From: a virus
Taxonomy: Duplodnaviria > Caudoviricetes
Length of the DNA stretch: 64,000 bases
Virus record (IMG/VR): IMGVR_UViG_3300043077_000092
Strand: one strand, 5' to 3'
Shown here one piece after another: positions 41,203 to 50,057 of the stretch. The notes under the pieces are model-generated. The model was not told the DNA's origin. It worked only from the letters and a program-made list of their open reading frames with translations, and made no database searches. A program made the position numbers and the translations under genes. The stretch's first letter is position 1. Each line of letters begins with the position of its first letter.

Positions 41203-42486
41203 TTAATCGAAGTAAGATAAGAACTTCTTGATCGATTCCTTCATTGTCTCTGCAATATCCGGATCGCATTTTCCTTCAATAAACTGGGTAAACGCAACCT
41301 GTACACTTGCATGGAAGATAATGTCTTCAGGATTCGGAAGTGACATACTTAAGCTACGGATAATGAAGAATACCGTAAATCCTTCCAACCCTGCCGGATA
41401 CTCTCCCTGAGGAAGAACCCGATACTCCAGACTTTCTCTAACATCATCCGATAACAGAGAGAAGAGATTGAAGTCAATCTTTGCCGTATGTAACTTATTG
41501 GCATATCTCTCACCGATTGATTTAAGTCTGTTTTCATTATGGAAATCGTTTAATGCATTACGCTTGATTGATGGATTCTTCTTAATAAGTTCAATCATAT
41601 TCTCAAGTGTAAATCCACTTCTGATTGCCCGAGCTTTCTTGCGGTCAGCTTTCTTCTTTCTTGTTACTTCTACGGTATCATCTTCCGCAGGTTCAGACTG
41701 GTCAACCAGATACTGAGCATAAGCCAATACATTATCCTTTAATGGATTTAATACGCTATTAACGTTCTCCTCCAATTCGGCAGTAGCCGCATTAAGTTTC
41801 TCCAGCTCATCGTCAATCTTTGCAAGATAATCATCATTCTGCTTAAAGTAGATAAGCATACCTCTCTTGAAGTCATATTCCTGCTCGACTGTTTTTACGT
41901 TTGGTTCACTGGATAATTCCAGAACTTCATGAGTCTCAGGATTTTCAAAGAACTCATCAATTCTGTCACGAGTTGTCTGGTTAGACAGACTTCCACCGAT
42001 GTACTTCCGTAACTCATCGATTGTGAATCTATCCAGATGATACTGGATGACATCATCAGCGTTGTTGATTGTCGAATCTTCTCCGACCGAAACAGTCTGT
42101 GGATTCTTAAATGATGTATCGGTCAGGCGTTTTTTCTGAGCCTTTACAGAATCCATTTCTTTTCTCAGGCTGTTCATCTTTGCGTTCATATTGAGAACTT
42201 TCTGAGTATCCTCAAAATCCTTACCGGAAAAATCAACCACTTCTTTCTGCGGTTCAGCCTCTTCTTCGGTTGTAGTCTCAACTACCTCATCAGGAGTTTC
42301 CTCAGATGTCTCTGTTACCTGAACAGGATTTTCTTCCGATGGATCTTCAGCCTTAACCTCATCACTCATATTCATTTTCTCTTTCAGAGTAATTGTATTA
42401 CTTTCGGGGGTTGTTTCTCCAAGCTCCCCATTTACGAACTGCTTATCTAAGTCAGCAGTCACTCCCATTACTACATTATCACTCAT
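41203..42486 (-). CDS. Hypothetical coiled-coil protein with acidic N-terminus
   Basis: 427 aa; contains PSEENPVQVTE shared with 881-1624. Confidence 0.75.
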   Translation of the reverse strand: MSDNVVMGVTADLDKQFVNGELGETTPESNTITLKEKMNMSDEVKAEDPSEENPVQVTETSEETPDEVVETTTEEEAEPQKEVVDFSGKDFEDTQKVLNMNAKMNSLRKEMDSVKAQKKRLTDTSFKNPQTVSVGEDSTINNADDVIQYHLDRFTIDELRKYIGGSLSNQTTRDRIDEFFENPETHEVLELSSEPNVKTVEQEYDFKRGMLIYFKQNDDYLAKIDDELEKLNAATAELEENVNSVLNPLKDNVLAYAQYLVDQSEPAEDDTVEVTRKKKADRKKARAIRSGFTLENMIELIKKNPSIKRNALNDFHNENRLKSIGERYANKLHTAKIDFNLFSLLSDDVRESLEYRVLPQGEYPAGLEGFTVFFIIRSLSMSLPNPEDIIFHASVQVAFTQFIEGKCDPDIAETMKESIKKFLSYFD

Positions 42487-42513
42487 TTGATATAAATCCT
42501 CCTGTTTAATTTT

Positions 42514-43254
42514 TTACATTGATGCTAAATATGTTCTGATCGAACTTCTTAACTCCATAGTGATATTATCACCGTAAGTTCCAACTTCTCCCTCAATATA
42601 GCTAGAGAAGAAGTCTCCGCACAGCATACCATCATTGAAATAGGTCATCACGTTTGCTGTGTAATAATCACCATCGTCAATTGTATTTAAGAACTCTTCA
42701 GAAGATACTCCACTGTTAATGACAAATTCAATTACCTCATCCAGATTTGATAAGATAGGAATATTGTCCTTTGATATGTTTTTCTTCTTATTTGCGATGG
42801 TTGTAATATCGCCGTTTCGGGAATTAAGCCCGAGACTCTCTGCGATTTCTTTCTTGTTGATATCGATGTATTTCTTAAAGAACTCGATTGTATTGTCGTG
42901 TTTGTCAATAACAAAGAAGTGATAAAGAGACTCTAAGATATCCAAAGACTCTAAAGAATCCTCTTCCAAGTTATTGTATCCCAGATTATTCTGGTTTATA
43001 ATTGCTCTAATAAGGGAGTTCGCCCAGTCAACCATTTCTGAACGAATTCCCCTCGCAGAATCGTCATCTGCATGTTCATCGATTGCTTTAAATTTTGAAA
43101 GGACTGTTTCAAGAAAATCACGTCTTGAGTTCCCGTTCCGAATCTGTTCTAAGATAGAACTCTCCATGACTTCCAAAGATAACGAATCCAACAACATGTC
43201 GGCTGTTTGAGATGGAATATCTTCTACTGCTAAATCTTCAATATACTGCTCCAT
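42514..43254 (-). CDS. Hypothetical protein
   Basis: 246 aa downstream of terminase. Confidence 0.7.
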   Translation of the reverse strand: MEQYIEDLAVEDIPSQTADMLLDSLSLEVMESSILEQIRNGNSRRDFLETVLSKFKAIDEHADDDSARGIRSEMVDWANSLIRAIINQNNLGYNNLEEDSLESLDILESLYHFFVIDKHDNTIEFFKKYIDINKKEIAESLGLNSRNGDITTIANKKKNISKDNIPILSNLDEVIEFVINSGVSSEEFLNTIDDGDYYTANVMTYFNDGMLCGDFFSSYIEGEVGTYGDNITMELRSSIRTYLASM

Positions 43255-43314
43255 TGTACAGTGACCTCCTTGCTTCTTTTTGATTATATCTTTTGTGAGA
43301 TTGGTAATTGTTTC

Positions 43315-45864
43315 TTATATCCAAGAACTATCATCATCGGAAGAATTTCTTCTTCCAGTTCCGACCGGAGTTCCATACGGATTGTATGCTTGTTCTTGGG
43401 CTTTCTGTTTTCTACGATTCATTTTATTCCAACGTTCTTGAAGATTCGAAGAAGCTTGTCCTTGGTCATTAACCTGAGGTACTTTACTCTTACCATATTC
43501 AGGATCAGCTTTTACAATATCACTTAAAATAGAGCCGACATCATTATCTGCAATATTCTGAAGTGTAGCACTCTTTCTTTCTTTATATGCAGATTCCATC
43601 TTTGTACGAATTGCATTTTCATAAAATGCAACCATGGATGGGAATTGAGCACGAATAAGAGGGTTCTTATATAACTCTTCCAGATTTTCAAACTCTTCGT
43701 CTTCAATCATATCGTTAGGTAATTCACCCTTCTTAAATCCATAACGCTCTAACTTCTCACCATAATAGTATGCATACATAGCAATACACCATGACATTAC
43801 ACAGTCATCATGCTTACCATCTGCTGCTTTAATGACATCATTCTTGATAACCAAATCCTTGATATCGTTGACAAGGTTTTCTGATGTCAATATATCTTTT
43901 CTGAATTTTACAGAGTCAACCAATATACTCATCATCATTCGACGAGTAGTAGTCGTTGTATGAACTCCATAGTATTTCCTCTTCATCAACTGGTCTTTCA
44001 AGAATCCCACATTGTCATATTCTTCCTTTGTAAGAAGAGTCTCCATAGATGCTTCAGACGAAGCATAAATACGACTCTTAATCCAAGACTCTTTAAAGTA
44101 ATCAATAAGAGTAATACCATTTCTATTACTCTCGATACAGATGATAGATTTTGGTACCCATTTCGATAGCATATACTCAAGTAACTCTCTACATCCTTGA
44201 GGAGACATATATTGACTCTTAAATTCAATAACCGTTTTAAAGGTATATGGATCAATAATTGTAATTGCATAATTATCCGAACCAGTACCATCAGATGGAT
44301 CAAGACCTAAGAAGTATACACGATTCTTCTTCAATTCTTTTGATGGAACATAGAACTTTATCTCATATAATCCACCCTTACCAAACTTAACTATCTCAAC
44401 TGGAGCTTTTTTATTCTCATCCAATTCAGTGATATCTTCTTCACTAAATGGGGACGCACTATTACCAGAAAATCTCTGAAGTAAAACTTCCCTACGGATT
44501 TTCGGAATGTTGTTACCTACAGTTGAGCAGATACGGATAAACCATGCTTCACCAAGACCCAACTGTTTATAGTTATACTCGATATATACAACTCGATAGT
44601 TTGATTTCTTTACAATGTATTTCTTTAAAGCCAGAGGATCTGAATCATAGAACCGTTCTTGCCATGTTACTGCATCTTCTACAATCTTCATGGCAGAACC
44701 GCACTTCTTTTCATTAGACAAATCACCCGGAGTGGTTGCAAACATACGACAAGAATGCATTCCATTTACTAATGCATTATATGACGCAGTATTGAATGCA
44801 GGACCAGATACCTGTACGGTCGTTTCAATACAAGTTGTGAATTCAGCCTCGTCATAGAACTCAAAGTTATGAGAATCACCACGTCCAAGTTCCTCTGCCG
44901 TTTCCTCTGATATAGCACAGTTCATTACGTCTGCGGTATTACCAGTTGCTGGTTCGTAATATCGTTTGATGTTGTTTGTCTTTCGTACAAGTTTACCATT
45001 AGCATCATAAATCTGAGTACCCATGTTAGCCATATACTTAGGAAGTAATCCAAGATATGTCTTCATACGTTTAAGATTAGCTTTACTATTCTTTTCCTTA
45101 TTAGCATAGAATGCAAAACCACCATTGGTGATACCAAACTTAAATGCCCATGATAAGAACGCACACAATCCAACTGACTTACCTGTCTGACGAGGTTTAA
45201 TCAGATAGAAATTTATATCGTTAATAAAGCAATATGCTGCTGCTAAAGTAGCACGGTCTAACTCAAAAGGAACTACACCAGTACCCTGTTGAGGTATTCT
45301 TACAACCTCTCTTAAATAGTAGAAAAAATTCAACTGACATTCCTGAATAACCATTATTGCAAGTTCAGGTGAAATATTTGGGTCATGTGGGTCAACACCT
45401 TGTAACCTAGGGTTTAATAGCAGTAAGAAAAACTCATTGTTTCTTACCCCAAGTAATTTCAACTGTTCATGCACTTTCAGGAATGATTTATTCTTCGTAT
45501 GATGATCGTAAATAGGGGACATTGCTCGATATCCAGTATATCTGGAACCGTCACCATCGGAATTTTCAATAGGAACACCTGATGGAGCCACTTTATCAGG
45601 ACTTCCATCAAGTATTCTCTTTAAACCTGCATCTGATATTTGGGGAGTATCACCAATATTTACATTGGTTCTAAACTCTGTAACTTCATCAACCGTTGTA
45701 TTATCGTCATCCATTGGTTGTGCCTGACGTTTCCGTTTTGATGCAGCGATTAAACTAGCAATAGAGGATTCATATTCCTCATCACTTTTAATCTTTAACT
45801 CCTCTGGTTTACGGGGACGTTCCGCATATAACGGACGAAGTTTTGTTAACGGTCGATAAGCCAT
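43315..45864 (-). CDS. terL: Terminase large subunit
   Basis: KPRQTGKS Walker A, FYDEAEF Walker B, ATTP, GLDPS, IESN, HDDCVMS. Confidence 0.93.
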   Translation of the reverse strand: MAYRPLTKLRPLYAERPRKPEELKIKSDEEYESSIASLIAASKRKRQAQPMDDDNTTVDEVTEFRTNVNIGDTPQISDAGLKRILDGSPDKVAPSGVPIENSDGDGSRYTGYRAMSPIYDHHTKNKSFLKVHEQLKLLGVRNNEFFLLLLNPRLQGVDPHDPNISPELAIMVIQECQLNFFYYLREVVRIPQQGTGVVPFELDRATLAAAYCFINDINFYLIKPRQTGKSVGLCAFLSWAFKFGITNGGFAFYANKEKNSKANLKRMKTYLGLLPKYMANMGTQIYDANGKLVRKTNNIKRYYEPATGNTADVMNCAISEETAEELGRGDSHNFEFYDEAEFTTCIETTVQVSGPAFNTASYNALVNGMHSCRMFATTPGDLSNEKKCGSAMKIVEDAVTWQERFYDSDPLALKKYIVKKSNYRVVYIEYNYKQLGLGEAWFIRICSTVGNNIPKIRREVLLQRFSGNSASPFSEEDITELDENKKAPVEIVKFGKGGLYEIKFYVPSKELKKNRVYFLGLDPSDGTGSDNYAITIIDPYTFKTVIEFKSQYMSPQGCRELLEYMLSKWVPKSIICIESNRNGITLIDYFKESWIKSRIYASSEASMETLLTKEEYDNVGFLKDQLMKRKYYGVHTTTTTRRMMMSILVDSVKFRKDILTSENLVNDIKDLVIKNDVIKAADGKHDDCVMSWCIAMYAYYYGEKLERYGFKKGELPNDMIEDEEFENLEELYKNPLIRAQFPSMVAFYENAIRTKMESAYKERKSATLQNIADNDVGSILSDIVKADPEYGKSKVPQVNDQGQASSNLQERWNKMNRRKQKAQEQAYNPYGTPVGTGRRNSSDDDSSWI

Positions 45865-45873
45865 TTATAATAC

Positions 45874-47172
45874 CTATCCTTCGTATCCAGCAGGATACTT
45901 TACAAAGACACCATACTTGTCCCCTATAGTAGTGACGTCTTTTGCTAATATCTTTGCACGCATCGCATTCAAACGCTCAAGTCTGTCATCCTTTATGATA
46001 TCAGGAATATCTTTCTTTGCGTTCTTAGCTTTCTTAGCGTTTTCTGCACCGACCGCTTCGATATAATCATACATCTTATGAATCATATACATCTTATCCT
46101 CGGGAGTCTTGATATCATCAATCTGTACTTCAAGGATATCAATATCTCTAGGGGTAATCTTTGCTGCTTCCATAGTAGCAACCATAGCCGCTTTTGTCTG
46201 AGCATCATACTCACGGTTATACATACTCTCAAATGCTGTCTTTGCGGACATTGTTGTATATGCATCCGATTCAGGATCATAACCCATCAGATTATGACCG
46301 ATAAACTTCATGAGGTTCTTCTGGAATGAACTGCTCTGAGGAGAATTGTACTGAGACTGAATCTGTCTGTTTAAAGCATCTCTACGACCCCTTAACATCT
46401 CTACAGAATCTCTGGAAAGTTCAATACCAACTTCCTGTTCCTTATCGAATGTATCAGCATCAACTACAAGCTTTGATGCATCTGTATCGATAAGTAAATG
46501 GTCATTCATATAGGATACAAGAGCACCCTTATATTCGTCGGGTACATATGCATCCGCCGCAAGTTCACATTGTTTCTGATCATTTCTGTCCTGAACAACG
46601 ATAAAGAACTGTAATGTGTGAGTATACATAGGAAGAAGAATAGCCCGAATAACTTTGCTGTTAGACAGCATCAGTTTCTCCAGCATACTAAAATCTAATG
46701 ACTTTAATTTGTAATTGCTGATTAACCTGATAGGGTTCTCAGTCATTACATGACCAATCTCGTGACAGAGTAATGCCACAAATTGAGCACCATCAGTAAC
46801 GCATAATCTGTTACCCTTTGTAAGTACACGGGTATCAATCTCGATATGCCACTCTTTAATCTCTGCCCACTTCTTAACGAATTCTGCATTAGAAGATTTC
46901 GGATTTGACATGATATTTGTCAACTCCTCACTCTTCTTATATAATTCGCTAATATCCGGAGTAATGGACATGATAAATGGAGTCCGAGCATTATCGTTCC
47001 ATGTAATAGTTACTTTCTTAGTAGGTAAAAGTGCCATAGGAATAACTCTATTTAAAGCACTATTTACCCCAACTGCTGTTTTTGGGTTTGTCTGTTTGCT
47101 ATTTAAGTAAGAATTGACTTCGTTCTCAATAATCTTAAGCTGAGCCAATTCTGATTTCGAAAATGAACTCAT
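45874..47172 (-). CDS. Putative head protein with zincin (HEXXH) domain
   Basis: LCHEIGH...ELAADAY; head-gene context; late-type promoter. Confidence 0.6.
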   Translation of the reverse strand: MSSFSKSELAQLKIIENEVNSYLNSKQTNPKTAVGVNSALNRVIPMALLPTKKVTITWNDNARTPFIMSITPDISELYKKSEELTNIMSNPKSSNAEFVKKWAEIKEWHIEIDTRVLTKGNRLCVTDGAQFVALLCHEIGHVMTENPIRLISNYKLKSLDFSMLEKLMLSNSKVIRAILLPMYTHTLQFFIVVQDRNDQKQCELAADAYVPDEYKGALVSYMNDHLLIDTDASKLVVDADTFDKEQEVGIELSRDSVEMLRGRRDALNRQIQSQYNSPQSSSFQKNLMKFIGHNLMGYDPESDAYTTMSAKTAFESMYNREYDAQTKAAMVATMEAAKITPRDIDILEVQIDDIKTPEDKMYMIHKMYDYIEAVGAENAKKAKNAKKDIPDIIKDDRLERLNAMRAKILAKDVTTIGDKYGVFVKYPAGYEG

Positions 47173-47289
47173 AACAGATAAGCCTCCTTTCGCTTTATCA
47201 TTATATTTAAAACTGTGTGGAATACGCCTATTTTATTTCAATTTCAGATAAATCCATATAGGGGAATAATAAAACCAATATTAAATCTT

Positions 47290-47527
47290 TACGTAGGTTA
47301 GGAATTGTTATTCTTAATCTACGTAGTTACTTATTGAAAACCATAATGGATACTTAGTATTCAGACTCGAAGAACTGTTAGATAGCATACAAGAGACAAA
47401 AATAATCAAAAACACTATTTCGCAAATGAAGAATGACTTATGAAAATCATAAGATGCGAATGATGTTTTACTTTACCTTTGTCTCTTGTATGTCTATTAG
47501 AAGTGGGGGCGAAAGCCCCCATATGGT
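47290..47527 (+). ncRNA. Putative structured ncRNA, family not recognised
   Basis: 15-bp hairpin with two G-U pairs 47290-47325; perfect 15-bp stem 47386-47400/47478-47492 with nested stems; GGGGGC-GAAA-GCCCCC; no ORF. Confidence 0.5.
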
Positions 47528-47616
47528 ATTTTTTGTATTCTCTTCTTTTATTTATGTATTAAATGATTATGAATATCAAAATGATATTCAATTATAAATG
47601 AAAGGAGATGAATAGT

Positions 47617-47832
47617 ATGGCGAATATACAAAGAATATGGGGCTTGGCAACTCATTCGTCACCAAGCCCCATAAGTAATCCGAGCTACGCGTCTCGGGGT
47701 AGCCTATTTGCTACCAATGCTGTTGAGGATAGCTTCACCACAAGTTACGAGAAATCTCGTGCGAATGTGGCAAATGATCCTATTACATTCGAGAGAAACC
47801 TGAATTTTCTCATGAATGCGATTGGCTTATAA
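47617..47832 (+). CDS. Small protein (71 aa), paralog of 53859-54059, on a hairpin-dense RNA
   Basis: AAAGGAG 9 nt before ATG 47617; shared NPxY..R.S...YE..RA.V...P..F.....F.MNA. Confidence 0.65.
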   Translation: MANIQRIWGLATHSSPSPISNPSYASRGSLFATNAVEDSFTTSYEKSRANVANDPITFERNLNFLMNAIGL

Positions 47833-48094
47833 GCCGTTCTCAATGGTTCCCAGTCATGTTTCGGTACGCATGAGTATTGAAAACCATGGCTGGGATTTTT
47901 CGTACATTTCTGTACTCTGTGATGGTTAAGTGTCAAGAGGGGACACTCTTACCACGAATACTTACCGTATATCCGTGGTAGAATCATAATGTTATTGCGA
48001 TATTTAATCTGGGAACACAAGACTGGTTTATATTAACCCAGATTAATTTAATGTTATAAGCCGAATAAAATGTTATTTTTTGTAAAAATATGAA

Positions 48095-48129
48095 AAGGGT
48101 TACGAAGCATTTAAACCTCGTAACCCTTT
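48095..48129. terminator. Terminator downstream of the major capsid gene (possibly bidirectional)
   Basis: AAAGGGTTACGA / TCGTAACCCTTT stem. Confidence 0.75.
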
Positions 48130-48152
48130 ATCAATTGCGCAGCTACTTAATC

Positions 48153-50051
48153 TTAAGAGTTCTGATAACCGTCGATCTTAAGCTCGAAGCTTAATGGTAC
48201 GTATGACTGCGTATGGAACGTAGCAACGCACATGATGTTCGGGTTATTCGACATCTCACGTACTCTGTGATCTCTGTCGAAGTAGAGAGCTCTCTTGAAG
48301 TGCTTCCATGTAAGGAAGTTCTGCTCATTTACCGGGAAGCCAAGTCCTCTCAGACCGTCTGCCTCAGCAAATTTGATTGAAGTAATAATACGGAGAGCAT
48401 TTCCGTCCTGAGTTGTGATACCCATGTTGTAGTCAGAACGAATACCGCCCATGATTGTATCACCATTCTTTACAGTCCAATCAACGTTGTCGCCAACGAA
48501 TAAGGATGCAACATTTGGATGGCAATATGCAACCAGTCTGAACGGCTCATTACGGCATACAGTACGCATCTCACGGATGATTCCGTTAAGCTCATTGGAG
48601 ATCTTATCCTGAGCGAACTCAGCTCTCTTCATGAACGGATTTGTCTGCTCGTATTCGATGTTTACATCTCTGGTGATGAACACACGACCCTTGAAGTGCT
48701 CGAATGGATGCTCGGTAACACCGCGCCATCTCTCTGTCTCCTTACGGATGTTTGCAACAAGGGATGTATCCTCAGCATTGCTGTAGATCTCAGTCATACG
48801 GTTGATACCGTAAGCGATGATATCGATGGAAGCGGTCTCATTGTAAAGGCGCATGTCCTCAACAGTGATAGGCATATTTGCACGATATCCTTCCGGAATT
48901 GGGTGCTGCCAGCTTTCATACTCATCGGTGAATGAGATGTATTCGGTATTGTTCTTGTTAGACAGATTTCCGCCGAAACGTACCTGTTTTACAATACCAT
49001 GCATAGAAACGACATTTACACGGCTTGAATACGGATCGTATGTAGCCATGATTGTGTCCTCTACGTATCTTTCAACGTTGCCGTCAGCATCTTTAACAGG
49101 GAATCTTACCTTCCCACCAAGCTGATTCTTCGGGCTAATCGCTGTTGTGTCAAGGAAATGCTGTAATCCGCTAAGCTCAACCATATAGGTCTCACCTGCC
49201 GCATTGGTAACTTCTGCACGAGCACCCTCGATACAGATGTTGATATCCAGTGCATCGCCGATTTCACGAACACCTCCAGATACACCTAACAGATCAAGAT
49301 CTTCTACGGCGAAACGATCTCCGGTGAAGTCGTAACCAACTTCCTCTCCGTCAACGATCTCTGTAAAGGTCGCGCTGTCCTTATCGGCATTTTCCTTCAC
49401 GGCATCTTCAGGATACCATGTATCGGTAACTCTCTTACCCTTTGCGGATTCGAGAATTGATAAGGTTTCGTCGTAGTCATTGTATACATCAGGTTCAAGA
49501 TGTTTCTGACCATCTTTCGTCACAATATACTTGTACTGCTGTTTAATTCGGATGAAGTGCTGCTTTGGTACGATATATGGTACCAAATCTTTACCAACCA
49601 AAGGAAGGTAAGAACGGATAATCGCAAATGGCAAGAATGCATCATATGGTGTGAGCTCGCCGATACCTCTCTGATTAGCCTGTGCGACACGCATCTCCGT
49701 TGAAGAGTTCTCCAGAAGTCTCTGAATGTTGCCTCTGTGAAGGTCGCCCATGTGAACTGCCTCAGATACTTCATCATCGTCTTCTGTCATGCTCTCAAGG
49801 AATACTGAAGCGTTTGGCTCGTATGCACTATCACCAAACTTCTGCAAAGCCTCAGAGTTGTCTACGGACTCCATTGCGAGTGCAATGGTGGTCTGCTCAA
49901 AGTCTTTGCTATATAATGCCATAGGATCTCTGATGATATCAGCATAGCCGCTCATCTTGCCAACAAAGGACTCCATGCTGGCAACCAAGTCTTCAGGGGC
50001 ATCATGTTTGTACATGTTCAGCCTCTGCTGCTTACTCATTGTAGTAGCCAT
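48153..50051 (-). CDS. Major capsid protein precursor
   Basis: 632 aa, high-expression codon usage, N-terminal propeptide with several xxE-S sites, CHPNVA pattern, head-gene context. Confidence 0.75.
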   Translation of the reverse strand: MATTMSKQQRLNMYKHDAPEDLVASMESFVGKMSGYADIIRDPMALYSKDFEQTTIALAMESVDNSEALQKFGDSAYEPNASVFLESMTEDDDEVSEAVHMGDLHRGNIQRLLENSSTEMRVAQANQRGIGELTPYDAFLPFAIIRSYLPLVGKDLVPYIVPKQHFIRIKQQYKYIVTKDGQKHLEPDVYNDYDETLSILESAKGKRVTDTWYPEDAVKENADKDSATFTEIVDGEEVGYDFTGDRFAVEDLDLLGVSGGVREIGDALDINICIEGARAEVTNAAGETYMVELSGLQHFLDTTAISPKNQLGGKVRFPVKDADGNVERYVEDTIMATYDPYSSRVNVVSMHGIVKQVRFGGNLSNKNNTEYISFTDEYESWQHPIPEGYRANMPITVEDMRLYNETASIDIIAYGINRMTEIYSNAEDTSLVANIRKETERWRGVTEHPFEHFKGRVFITRDVNIEYEQTNPFMKRAEFAQDKISNELNGIIREMRTVCRNEPFRLVAYCHPNVASLFVGDNVDWTVKNGDTIMGGIRSDYNMGITTQDGNALRIITSIKFAEADGLRGLGFPVNEQNFLTWKHFKRALYFDRDHRVREMSNNPNIMCVATFHTQSYVPLSFELKIDGYQNS

Positions 50052-50057
50052 GACTCT

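Noticed and set aside
43315-45864. Intein or intron in terminase, polymerase or RNAP genes
   Set aside because: Motifs are contiguous; no C...HN splice motifs or homing endonuclease seen
47290-48064. tmRNA, SRP RNA, RNase P RNA or group I intron
   Set aside because: No tRNA-like ends, no SRP or RNase P consensus, no interrupted gene or recognisable P7 core
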